A stretch of DNA of 64,000 nucleotides from Rhynchopus sp. YZ270_cl-10 (Eukaryota): positions 930,001 through 994,000 of the forward strand of contig OZ037841.1 of NCBI GenBank assembly GCA_964035575.1, in the 5' to 3' direction. Made by a program: the position numbers and the translations under genes. Of the stretch, positions 1 to 10,604 are shown piece after piece (positions within the stretch are counted from its first letter, which is position 1; every line of letters begins with the position of its first letter). Under the pieces are notes generated by a model. It was given only the letters and a program-made list of their open reading frames with translations. It was not told the DNA's origin and made no database searches.

Positions 1-152
1 TTGGGCTCCAGTTGTGCATCCTCCGTCTCCAGCTTCCGCTTCGACGCCTTCCTCTTCTCCCTCAGCGTCGCGTTCCACACAGCATCCCTCGCACTAACCA
101 GCGGGCGGAACTCGTTCTTCAGCTCTTCTTCATCCTGATTTGCCGCGGACAT
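1..152 (-). CDS. 5' part of an ORF running off the window (MSAANQDEEELKNEFRPLVSARDAVWNATLREKRKASKRKLETEDAQLEP...), probably transposon-encoded
   Basis: ATG at 152 on the minus strand, open to the window edge. Charged, with an NLS-like KRKASKRK. Starts ~290 bp inside the TIR ending at 439 and is antisense to all host genes. Confidence 0.45.
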   Translation of the reverse strand, partial: MSAANQDEEELKNEFRPLVSARDAVWNATLREKRKASKRKLETEDAQLEP

Positions 153-284
153 GTTTTGTGATTTTTTCTCTGAGTGTGAGGATCAAATTAGAGTATAACT
201 GCGTTTAAGAGACAAAAATAGCACTACAGGCTTTCCCAGAGTTCCCTCTGTACCCGCAAAAACACCCACACATTTTTTTTTGTC

Positions 285-439
285 TGATCAAGTACTTGAT
301 TTTTGCCAAGTACTTGATCAATTTTCAAGTACTTGACTGTGTGTTTTTTTTTTTTAGAGGAAAAAAAAAAGGGGCATCAAGTACTTGAAGTATCATAAAA
401 ATCCCCAAAAAAGTACTTGAAGTACTTTGGACATCCATG
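285..439. mobile_element. Terminus of a DNA transposon of the CATGGATGTCC-TIR family
   Basis: Ends in AAGTACTTTGGACATCCATG with multiple palindromic TCAAGTACTTGA subterminal repeats. Colinear with 21331-21476. Confidence 0.85.
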
Positions 440-601
440 ATTGGAGGCTCCCTGGATTTCCAACACCCTTTTTTTCACATTTTTCAATCCATACACACAA
501 ACACGGTAAAAACTTTTACAATTTCAAAAACTCTCCGGGGTTTTTAGGATATTAACAACACTTTCCAAACAACCTTACCCCCACAACCAACATTACCCCA
601 C

Positions 602-1501
602 ATGCACCCTCCACACCCCCCACCACAGCACGGCCGCTTCAACTCCCCTGGCCGATACGCCAACACTGGCGGTGCCAACGCCCCACGCGACCCCTGCAGC
701 GAGGACGAGAAGCTACGCGACGACCCTACCGTCGCCAGCGCTGTCATCATCCCAAAGTCCTCAGGCATACGGGACTACACCATCCGCAGGGGCCGCAGAC
801 GCAACTCCGTAGGCATCATCCAACGCCGTGCCCAGGATGAAGACTGGTACGCCACCTCCGCCATGCGCAACGAAGAGGACCGCCGCACCCACGCCCTCCC
901 CGACTACCAACCCCCGAAACACTTCGACCCCTCCCGCACCAACCTCTTCCAAGGCACCAAATCCGTTGCCGCAAAGCAGCGCGACAAATTCACCCCACCC
1001 TCCCCAAAGACCCCCACCTTCCGTGCAGGAGGCAAGGTCCCCATAGACGACCGCTCCTACTTCGACAACTCTCCTTTTGAAAAGGAAAAGGAAAAGGAAA
1101 AGCCACGAAGCCCGACCCCAGAAGCAGGGTCGCCTTCTTCAGGGGCGAATCCGATGTCAGCTTTGGGGGGCTTCGGTGGAGGTGGGTCTGGGTTTGGGGG
1201 TGAGCCGAGTAGGTTTGGGCGTGGGGGTGGGGGTGGTGGTGGGTTCGATAGTTCTGTGAAGAGTGAACCGGCAGGAGGAGGAGGAGGAGGTGGTGGTGGT
1301 GTTGACTCAGATCCGCCAACCCTGACCGGAACCCGGATGCGTCTGACACAACTCCTCGGCGGTGTCGATTCACCCGACAGCGTGCCCGCAGCTGCCCCCG
1401 ACACACCAGAGGTGCAGGCAAGGGAGCCCTCCCCTCCCCTCCCAGAGCCCAACTCCCCAACAGCACACTCAGACTTCTCAGATGAATGCGTTGACGATTA
1501 G
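602..1501 (+). CDS. Hypothetical protein, 299 aa, Pro/Gly/Ser-rich and largely low complexity
   Basis: ATG-initiated GC-rich ORF flanked by AT-rich DNA. No recognisable domain. Confidence 0.7.
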   Translation: MHPPHPPPQHGRFNSPGRYANTGGANAPRDPCSEDEKLRDDPTVASAVIIPKSSGIRDYTIRRGRRRNSVGIIQRRAQDEDWYATSAMRNEEDRRTHALPDYQPPKHFDPSRTNLFQGTKSVAAKQRDKFTPPSPKTPTFRAGGKVPIDDRSYFDNSPFEKEKEKEKPRSPTPEAGSPSSGANPMSALGGFGGGGSGFGGEPSRFGRGGGGGGGFDSSVKSEPAGGGGGGGGGVDSDPPTLTGTRMRLTQLLGGVDSPDSVPAAAPDTPEVQAREPSPPLPEPNSPTAHSDFSDECVDD

Positions 1502-1872
1502 GGTGAGGAAAGAAAAAATGGGGCTAAGGGGTGGTTGGGGAAAGGAAGGAAGCCCCCCTTTTTTTTGTACTTTTTTTGGGAAAAATTGGGAAGGTTGGGG
1601 GGTGGGGGGAGGGGCTGCAGCTGAAAAAGTGAAGTGGAGATTAAAGAAGTAATCATTTCCCACGCAGTTGACTCTAACGTTCTCAGTGTCTCGCTACGGG
1701 GGGGGGAAAACGTGTTTTATAAAAAAAAAAAACTGCTCTTTTTTTTGGTGAAAAGAGGTTTGTATCAGATGTCTAACTTTTTGTTTTTTTTTATTCTGAC
1801 GTCAACCTCGAAATGGATTGTAGGGTTTTCAGCACATCATTTTCGGGTCCACACCTCCCCCCTTTAGACATA

Positions 1873-2062
1873 CCCCGAAGGCGAATTCAGATTCGCCCTA
1901 TATCCGGATTGAATTTAGATCCGATAGGCGAATACGGGATACACACAATAACCCACAGTATTCTCCCTATATTCAAATCTGAATACACCCAAATAGGATC
2001 CGAATATTGTCCAGGAATTTTGGGATCCGAATATGGGGCAAAATACTAATTCGCCTTAGGGG
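1873..2062. mobile_element. Tc1/mariner-like MITE inserted into a family-A hairpin element
   Basis: TIR CCCCGAAGGCGAATT / AATTCGCCTTAGGGG (1 mismatch). TA duplication in a CA-TA-TG context. Confidence 0.8.
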
Positions 2063-2986
2063 TATGCAGCAGGGGTTCCCCGTGGTGTGTTGGCCACGCA
2101 ATAAAAGGTACGCTGCCCATGAGAGGGGCTTGTATTTCAAGTCAACTATACCCAAATAGTTTTTTTATGTGGGCTACTCAGTGCCTGCGTCGTTTGTAAC
2201 TCTCTCCACCCTTTTTTTTAGATTCTTTTCCCCCCTCCCTTGTCAGTCTATACTAGACACCCCGTGCTGTCCGCCAGGATACGATGCCCTTTTGCCTTTA
2301 CGATGATAAGATAACCCTCTGTGGTTGGATAAACGCTCATGTTGTACCTGTGTGCAACCTCCCCCGTGGTAACCCTTATTCCAATGAAGTGCGCCCACCT
2401 CCCCAGTGGGAAAGTGCTCTCTGGGTATTCGAGTAGCCTCGGAGAACCAGTGTCTTTTTGTCCGCAGATGAACGGTGAGGCGTTTGCACTTTCAGCTTCT
2501 TTTTTTGAAATGACTGTGTGCCTGCTTACAGTTTGCCTGTTAGTAACTCCCAAGTGCAGCACTCCGGGGGGGTTCGATAGCCGGAGCGTCAGTGCCTGTG
2601 TCCCAGAGGCGTTTTACACTATCAACTTCACGTTTTTTTTTTTTTTTTTGAGAAACGGTCGAACAAAGTACTGTGCGGCTGATACTCATCTCTAAGCCAG
2701 CCTTTTGTCTGTTTTGTTCCTTGCTTTTCTGTACACAGGCCGTTTGCTTTATTGCCCAACTCGCTGGGACATTTCTTTTCTCTTTCTTTTTTTATTTGGT
2801 ATTGACATGTCGTCACTTTAACGCTGCCAAGGCAGTTCCTGCTCGTCTTTTTTTTATCACTTCGAAATCGGTCGAACGCATGGTTTGGGGTACACACCAA
2901 AGGTACACTGTTCACGAGAGGGCTTTTGTATTTCAAGTCAAATTTTCTATTCACTTCTCCTCTCCGGGTATTCCCACAGAAGCCAC

Positions 2987-3104
2987 GGTGTGATCGGAAC
3001 CCAAATACCCCGTACTTCTCCCGTACCTTCTACTAGGGGGAACCAGAAAATTCCTACACACACCCGAATTCTCTGTACTTTTCCCGTCTGGTTCCGACCA
3101 CACC
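2987..3104. mobile_element. Small MITE-like inverted-repeat element
   Basis: GGTGTGATCGGAACC ... GGTTCCGACCACACC, a 15-bp TIR with 1 mismatch. No clear TSD. Confidence 0.5.
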
Positions 3105-3358
3105 AAGTGAGATTCTATTGCCTTTGGGAGAGTGTTGTGGTGTCAGGGTTGGGGGGGTGCTCTCCTTACGAGACTCCCCTTTCTCTGATCTACCAAGGTG
3201 GCATTGTAGGCGAGTGTCGACCCAACATGCTCCTGCTGATATCTTTTTATTCTAGGAGACAGCACCCTAAGCAAGGTGGCTAAGCAGGCAAGAGGCTGAG
3301 GATACATCCTCACCAAACTTTTCTTTCTTTTCTTTGTTTTTTTTTTAGCCATGTGTTC

Positions 3359-3843
3359 CAGCCCCTCCGCTACGTTTTCAGATTTTTTTTGAGTTCTGTT
3401 GCGGGGGTTTTTTTTTCACCCTGCGCCAGTGTCTTATCCAGGAATTCAGATTTCAAGATTGGGGGGGTCAGCTGTTTTTGTGCCCAAAAATTTTTCAGCC
3501 CTGCTGACCAGGGACATTGGGAACTGTATTTTTTTTGCGGAGCAAAAAAAAATCAAACAAATGGCGCCGCAGGCGCCATAAAAAATTTAGGGCACGGTGT
3601 AAAAATCTAGCTTTTTCAGCACAGAGTCACACATCGAATCCTTTTTTGCGGAGCAAAAAAGGAAAAATGGCGCCGCAGGCAAAAAAAAATTGAGGTACAG
3701 CCCGGATGGTGCGGTCAGCAATCCAGTTCCCATGGTACTCCCGTGGTTCAACACCATGGGATTTTTTCCCCCCCCCCCCCCCCCCCTTTTTTTCAGACTT
3801 CTGTTGCGCCGCAACAGAACTTTATACGGTAGCGGAGCCCCTG
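3359..3843. mobile_element. hAT-type MITE, 485 bp
   Basis: Ends CAGCCCCTCCGCTAC / GTAGCGGAGCCCCTG (imperfect TIR). Perfect 8-bp TSD ATGTGTTC at 3351-3358 and 3844-3851. A second copy of the left end lies at 56637-56750. Confidence 0.85.
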
Positions 3844-3971
3844 ATGTGTTCACGAAGCTTCCAAGCTGTTTTTTTTTGTGCTCATTTTTTCTCTCTGCCA
3901 GTCTCCGCCTTTGCTTAGATGTGTCTTTGTGTGTGTGTGTGTGCAACGGGGGGGTACATTTTGTTCTGCTT

Positions 3972-4040
3972 TCATCCGGATGGCTGGGCATCGTACGGGA
4001 GGTCAGTCGGAGGTGTGCCTGCATCAACAACTACCATTTT
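3972..4040 (+). repeat. Sense-strand hairpin element, family B (representative copy)
   Basis: Consensus TCATCCGGATGGCTGG(G)CATCGTACG..GGTCAGTCGGAGGTGTGCCTGCATCAACAACTACCATTTT. Other copies at ~16274-16302, 28328-28392, 49394-49456, 51281-51330, 54740-54805, 63027-63066. All on +. Confidence 0.8.
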
Positions 4041-4620
4041 TCTTTTAAATTTTCCCTCACCTCTGTGCGATCTTCTCTCTAGACTCGTTTCTGTGTAAGG
4101 TGGCAACTAAGTAAGACAGACTCTTATGCCCTCTTACAGTTTCCCCCACCCCATCTTTTTGTTACTCGTAAGTTGTGTGTGTGTGCGAGAGAGACACATT
4201 CATCTTACAAGTTTTCTTTTCTTTTCTTTTCTTTTTCTTTTTCCTATGTGTATGACATACCTGCAACCCACAGCAATGTGTCTTTTGTAAACATATTTCC
4301 ACCCACTCATACAGCGAAAACCCACAAAATTGCAGAGCGATACACGAAAACAGCTTTCTTTTATTCACTTTGTCATATCCTGAAGGTCAGCTTCTATTTT
4401 TTTTTTTGGGAAGAACGAGCGGGGCAAACGGTCCATTTTCCCCCCCTTCTTTTTTCGACTGAAGCGTTTTAGCGCGTTTCAACTATTCTTTTTTTAAAAA
4501 TCAGGGATGTATCGGTTTTTGAACGTCCTTGTGTGCTTTCCCTTTGAGTGGAAAGTATATGAAATTAATTAAGCCAACACAACCGACACGATACAACCAG
4601 GGGATGGGTTGGGTGTGTGT

Positions 4621-4662
4621 TTGATAACTAATAGGGGGTAATTCTTGCGCAGAATATGGCCC
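4621..4662 (-). repeat. ~45-bp dispersed repeat GGGCCATATTCTGCGCAAGAATTACCCCCTATTAGTTATCAA, found in both orientations
   Basis: Minus-strand copies at 4621-4662 and ~12890-12922. Plus-strand copies at ~29912-29955 and ~41402-41430. Confidence 0.7.
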
Positions 4663-5249
4663 CATGGATGTGTGTGTATTGAAAGAAGTTTGTGGGCAGT
4701 TCCTAATAGCGAGATATTGTCCAGAATGTGTGTGTGTGTGTTTTCCTTCTTCCCCTTGTGTACCAGGGACCTATCCGTTGTCCCTTCTGTGTGTCCACCT
4801 TTGTATCGAAACGTTTTTGGTTATTATTTTTTCAAAAAAAAAAAAAAAAAAAAAAAAGAAACTGCGCGCTCCTCTCCATTTTCCATTCCCCTTCCCTTGA
4901 GGAATCTGTGGCAAGCAGAAAAAAAAACCAGTAACCCAGTAGTGTAAATAAGAGTCCAAAAAAATCCCCCCCCTCTCCCATCCCCATAAACTTGTTTAAC
5001 AGTCCTGCATAAAAGTGTTGTGGGAAAAGGGCCTAACGAGGGAAATATTTAAATCCAACAAAAATATCCAAAAAAAAATGACAAAAAAAAAAAAAAAAAA
5101 AACAAAAAAAACTGCAACAAAAACAAAAGATTCCACCACCCACTTTTTAAATATCCCCCCGAGAGATCCAACCATTTTTTTCCCCCACCAAATTCTACCA
5201 AAAAACTTTTCCAAAGACAGATCCTACTTTCCCCCCCCCCCCCCCCAAA

Positions 5250-7343
5250 ATGGTTCGCAAAGCCAACCAGAAAGGCAAACGGTTGAAGGCTGCAGTTCAA
5301 AGCGCTGCGGCATCGACTCCTCTTGCCACACCACCCACCACCACCACCACCGTCAATCCAGCCACCACCCTTCCTACCGTGGACAGCTTTGATGTGGAGT
5401 CAGCTGCGCCGTCTGTCTTATTTGATGAAGGTGCTGATTCAGGTGAAGATGTGATCGTCTCTTCTGACGCCCCAGAAAGCATGTTGGAACACCTTCGCGC
5501 TGAAAAGGTAAGGTTAGGGGAGCGCAAAGAACGCACCCTCTTAACCAAAAAACGGCAGGAAGGGGAAAGGGAACGGACCGCAGCGCTACGCGAGGAGACA
5601 AAAAAGCGGGCACTTGAAGAAAAGAAATCACGAAAGGCAGGGAGGGACGCACTCCGAGCACAACGTCGTGGTCAAGCGGATACGGTACGTTCTGCAGCGC
5701 GTATCGCTCTGTCAGAAGATAAGGTGACATTAGAGAAAGACCTTCTGTGCATCAAGGAGCAGGCCGTCTCTACGCAGACGAGGTTGGAAACTACACAGAA
5801 CACTTTGGTGGCGTGTACGGCAGTGGGGGAGAAGGCGCAGCTTCAGGCGGAGGTTATTCAGATTAAAAATGATTTGAAATCGCTTGATTCTCGTGAGTCG
5901 CAGATTTCTGCAAATTTGGCAAGAATCGCTGATATGGAGACAGCTTTGCAACCAAACCCTGAGTCATCAGAGGTAGGCAGAACGGTCTTGAAGGGACTTC
6001 AGAAGCATTTCAAAGAGTTGTCCGCCTTTTCTGCGGGGCAGCTGGATGAGGTGGCACAGAGGCAACGTGCTCAGACTGCGGTGTTCAAATGTATGAAGGC
6101 CGACCTTCAGATGCAAGAACAACAGCTCGTCGAAAAGAAACGGAGTTTGAAGAGATTGGAGGCAGAAGTTAAAAGTCTTCACCATGTTCGCAGTCAGACG
6201 AAATTAAGGTGTAGCACCGAAATCGGCCAAATCCAGCATGAATCCTCAACCCTCCGTGATACCTTAGAGGCAAAGCGTACCAAACACAGTGCGGTGCAAA
6301 AAATGCACAACAAAGAGAACACCGCGCTGTCCAAGGAGGTTTCGGAGCTGCAGGAGTTGGTGCGTCAGAGGGAGGCAGAGCATGCAAAAGACATTGTTGC
6401 GCTGAACGAAAAGAAGCTGGTCTGCCTCGTCACCGAGGAGTCGGAGACCCGGACCACCACCTGCGCACTAGAGAAGCAAGAATTTGAGGTGTTCGTTGAG
6501 ACGTCGAAAATGGAGCATACGATTGTTGTGGAACAGGCGAGGCTTGCGGGAATGCGTCGTGCTAGACAGAAGCGGCAAAAACTGATTCAAAAGCAGAAAA
6601 CTAAGAGTATCCATATGCTCGACCTCTTCGATGGTGACAGCTCCGACGACAATTTGGATGGCGCCTCCACCGTCATTTCTGCCATCACTCCCGCACGCAC
6701 CCCTGCACGCACCCCACGTACCTCTCTTCGCAACGAATTCACCACCCCCCTCTCCAGTGCTCGGCGTAGCGGGGTGGGTCTTGCCCAAAGTGTTCATACC
6801 TCCCCTCGTCTGACCAATGAGTATAGCCCCCGCACCTCCTTCCCGCATTCCAAAAGATCGAATGTTGATAAATTGGATTTGGAGGTCTCTTCAGATGCTT
6901 CTTCCGCATCAGGAGGACTGCAGGATCTTTTCAAATCGTTGGGAACCCCAAGCAAGCACGCACCCTCCAGGCAGGCGCTCCAAAAAAGAAAGAGGGAGCG
7001 TCGTGCATCCTTCGAACAGGTGTCAACACCACCAAGACTTTCATTTGACCCGACCATAGACTTCACAATGCGTCCAAGAGCAGCGAAGAAGCCCAGGCTC
7101 AGTGAGGCCTCAGAAGATGGGGTTTTGAACTTTGATGTGGAGGTGGGTTTGGGAGAAGGGGGAGGGGGAGGAGGAGGAGTGGAGGAGGTGCAGCCACCGA
7201 AGAGGAGAATGAGCGGGGTGCTCCGCAAGTCCGGTGGAGGACCGAAGGGAGGCCCGAAGCAGACAGTGCGATTCAGCGAAAATGTCGAGAAAAAACGCTT
7301 TTCAGTGGGTTCAGAGGCGGACCTGAACTTTTTGTTTGACTGA
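5250..7343 (+). CDS. Coiled-coil protein, 697 aa, with a Ser/Thr-Pro-rich basic tail
   Basis: Long ATG-initiated ORF. E/K/L/Q heptad-rich from about aa 80 to 450. The C-terminus carries TPARTPARTPR, SPR, TPSK, TPPR, RRAS and KRRMS. Confidence 0.85.
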   Translation: MVRKANQKGKRLKAAVQSAAASTPLATPPTTTTTVNPATTLPTVDSFDVESAAPSVLFDEGADSGEDVIVSSDAPESMLEHLRAEKVRLGERKERTLLTKKRQEGERERTAALREETKKRALEEKKSRKAGRDALRAQRRGQADTVRSAARIALSEDKVTLEKDLLCIKEQAVSTQTRLETTQNTLVACTAVGEKAQLQAEVIQIKNDLKSLDSRESQISANLARIADMETALQPNPESSEVGRTVLKGLQKHFKELSAFSAGQLDEVAQRQRAQTAVFKCMKADLQMQEQQLVEKKRSLKRLEAEVKSLHHVRSQTKLRCSTEIGQIQHESSTLRDTLEAKRTKHSAVQKMHNKENTALSKEVSELQELVRQREAEHAKDIVALNEKKLVCLVTEESETRTTTCALEKQEFEVFVETSKMEHTIVVEQARLAGMRRARQKRQKLIQKQKTKSIHMLDLFDGDSSDDNLDGASTVISAITPARTPARTPRTSLRNEFTTPLSSARRSGVGLAQSVHTSPRLTNEYSPRTSFPHSKRSNVDKLDLEVSSDASSASGGLQDLFKSLGTPSKHAPSRQALQKRKRERRASFEQVSTPPRLSFDPTIDFTMRPRAAKKPRLSEASEDGVLNFDVEVGLGEGGGGGGGVEEVQPPKRRMSGVLRKSGGGPKGGPKQTVRFSENVEKKRFSVGSEADLNFLFD

Positions 7344-7501
7344 AAAAAAAAATTTCTTTTTTGAAAAAATGTGTAGGATAGAGTAGAGGGAGGGGTTTTT
7401 TTTAGAAAAAAGCAAAAAAAAGCGTGGAGTTCACACGATAAAAAAGCGAGGTGTCTACATGTCATCAATTTTTCAAAAAAGGACAGAAATGTCAGACCAG
7501 A

Positions 7502-8507
7502 GGGGGGTATGTAATTTGACCGGTTCTGACCGGTAACTAAACCAGTGTGTTGTCAAAAATTCCCGAAAAAATCGGGTATTTTTGTGTACAAATAGTACCC
7601 GGTCAAAATAGGGTATGTAATTTGACCGGCACCCCATTTTGACCGGCATTTTGACCGGGTACTATTTATACACAAAAAACACGGGTTGCCTACGACGCTT
7701 CTAAGGTGCTCGCTCTCCATACCTAGACCCTCGAATTTTTTTTTTTTGCCCCTATATTGGGCTAATTTCGACGATTTGAGGCCATTAAAAGTTCGTGATT
7801 TTTACCAAAAACAAGTCGATTTTTGAAAAAATCTCAAAAAAAAAAATCCCAAATTTTTTTTTTCACAAGTGTTTTTGAGGCCTGCTCACTACACCCTAGG
7901 TCCCCTTCTGGGACCAAAAAGTCAAAAAAAGCAAGAATTGGGCTGTTTTGAGCATCTAGAGTTTATTCCCCAGCCATTTTCTGCACCACCAGTGCATTTT
8001 GTATGGGCCAGCGCCTTGTCAAAAAATCGCCCAAAATCGGGCGTGGTAGGTCATAAAATGGCCCAAAGAATCCAAAGAAAACCTCAGAAATAGATGTTCG
8101 CGAAAAAATTTCGCAAGTCAAAATTCAGCCGCAATACCCTGTGACTGTAGTGGCTAGAGAACACGCATGCAGACCCGTTCCTTGCAATTTCCAGTGTTGT
8201 GTTTATCGATGCATGCATCCAGAGGACCCCTGGTTTACGAAATCGTAAGCACTCCTGTGCAAAAATGAAGTCGGTTTTTGACCCAAAATCGGGGTGGGTG
8301 GGTCATAATTTGCTCCAAATTTGGCCGAAAATCGGGATTTTTCTGAAAATTTCATTGTGCCCAGCAAAAATCCTTGCTTTTTTGAAGAATTTTCCAAAAA
8401 ATATGCTATACCCCCTATGACTGGACCCAACTCCCCTCACTCTTTTTTTTTTCACCCAAAGGGCCGGTCAAATTTTACACACTAATACACAAAGTTACAT
8501 ACCCCCC
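7502..8507. mobile_element. Non-autonomous TIR DNA transposon, ~1.0 kb, 3-bp TSD (PIF/Harbinger-like by TSD length and GGG ends)
   Basis: TIR GGGGGGTATGTAATTT / AAGTTACATACCCCCC, flanked by AGA on both sides. TGACCGG subterminal repeats. Confidence 0.75.
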
Positions 8508-9632
8508 AGAGTTTTCCTAATTTTTTTTTGTCTCAAATCTCACTCTGTTTAGATGAGGTGTATTGCCGTTTCTCGGAAGCATCGTGGCCATTTCAAAAAA
8601 AGGAAATGTTGAGAGATGTAAAAACTTTTTTGTGGGGTTTGTTGGTACAACAGATATAATACAGGGTGGGGAATCAACAATTTTACAAAAAAAGCAAAAC
8701 CAAAATAATAGAGAAAATAAATGGAGCGTAAATGGATGACTGAGTGAACACATGCCCTGTTTTTCTTCAAGGTGACTCAAATCACGCGAGGCTTACCTTC
8801 ATCGTACCAAATTTTTTCCCACCAAAGGTACACTGTCACGAGAGGGCTTTGTATTTCAACTCCTTTTTCTTTTCAGATGTAAATCACGAAATGATGAGGG
8901 ACTGCATGGCCATCCTATTGACCATTTCCACTGGAGTCCACCCTGTACACCGATCACATGCATGAAGGTACACTGTTCACGAGCGGACTGTTGTATTTCA
9001 AGTCATATCTTTTTTTCTTCTCTCTCACTCTAGCAGTTTGTAGTCTCAGGACAAACCGTAAATGAAGCGGAGGACGTTTGGGTGAAAAATGGATATGACC
9101 ACAAACAAGCAAAGAGTGGATATATCATCCTCGGTGAACTCACACAAACCAAATTTTCAAACTAAACAAACAAGTCTCCCCCTTTCCTGTAAATTCTTCG
9201 GCAAACATTGAAACGTAGATCACCCTCCCCTACCTCCACCTGATTAGATACATACCCCAAAAGCAAACCCACGTCTCTGTCTTTGGAGTCATATAAAGAG
9301 CATTTCATTTCCCTCCCCCAATAACTGTTCTTTTCCTTTTTTCCCTGCAAGGTGGGCATGTGTATGTACCTGCAGTGAAGTTACATTATTCCTTCGTGCC
9401 GTGGTCAGGAGCCATAATGTCAACAAAAAATAAAGTGGAGCGCATCCCCGGGGGTGTGCGTTCATGCAACAAAGTTTTTAAATAAAACCGTCTATACTGA
9501 ATGGTGGTGTATTGTGAATGCTTGGTATTTTTTAGTTCCAGGGCTACCCGGGGTACGTGGTCGCCGTGTGCTATGGGATGAAATGCATAAAAAAAAATAC
9601 AAAATAGACATCACCATCGACCTCCCCCACAC

Positions 9633-9786
9633 CACGGCGGACTAGTCAGGGGTACTTGTAGTGCTACTAATCCAAACGACTAGTGTTTTACGACTAGTTT
9701 TACAATATTATTATCATTAGCAGAGTTAGCAACGAGTCGTTGCGACTAGGAGTTCCACTATGTAGTACCTCTGACTGTCCGCCGTG
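9633..9786. mobile_element. MITE-like element
   Basis: Imperfect TIR CACGGCGGACTAGTCAGGGGTACT / AGTACCTCTGACTGTCCGCCGTG with internal CGACTAG repeats. TSD not evident. Confidence 0.65.
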
Positions 9787-10604
9787 CTTCCATCCTCCCA
9801 CCCCTTGTACTATGGATAGATTAAAGTAAAAAGGCTAATCGCAACCCGTCCCCATTTTGTTTTTTTCTTCTGTAAATCTCCTGTAAATCAATCCCATACG
9901 CATCACTCCGGGGTTCGATAACCCGCGGAGTGTCAGTGCCTGCGTCCCAGAGGCGTTTGCACTATCAACTTCACTTTCTTCTTCTTCGCCCTTTCAAATA
10001 TCCACGCGCACGACAACGCATGCCCTGTGCAACTCCTCACTGGTGAGATTGCTCGTCTCGTTGTGGTATCTCCGAAAATACCTCACTTTGCTTAAGACTT
10101 CGACGAGGGATTCCTGCTCGTCGGCAAAATGTCCGAAGTCGATCATGCGCATGTCCTCACCAGGCAACAAACGCGCACACACTGCACACCTAGATTGCGA
10201 GCGTGCTGCGCCTTTTGGGGTTTCGAGCTCTGATCTGAAGCGGTTCAGAAGCTCACGCCATGTGGACCAGCCTCAGCACGCAGGAACAGCACAGTCGCTC
10301 TGTAGACTTGACGTCCACCGTGTTTGCGTGCGATGTGCTTATCCAGAGCGCTGTGCTTCTGCACCCTCCCTTTCTCAAGATGACACGGTTGCGTTTGAGT
10401 CTTGCATTCGCTGAGCCACACTCACTACACCAAACACCCCCTTTGAGTACTTCTGCTTTGTCCCCTTTGCATGTATGTTCTTACTCAATACCGCTCACTA
10501 TCACCAGGTTTTGCACGCGTCACACCACACACCTTTGCAGATAGTATTTATCTTGGAGCAAGACACAACCCACCCACACCCCAACACCACAACCACACGC
10601 AACG

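Noticed and set aside
9994..10414. Minus-strand coding-like stretch with TRWTS (resembling hAT TRWNS)
   Set aside because: A single short motif among stop codons is too little to call, though it may be a transposase relic.
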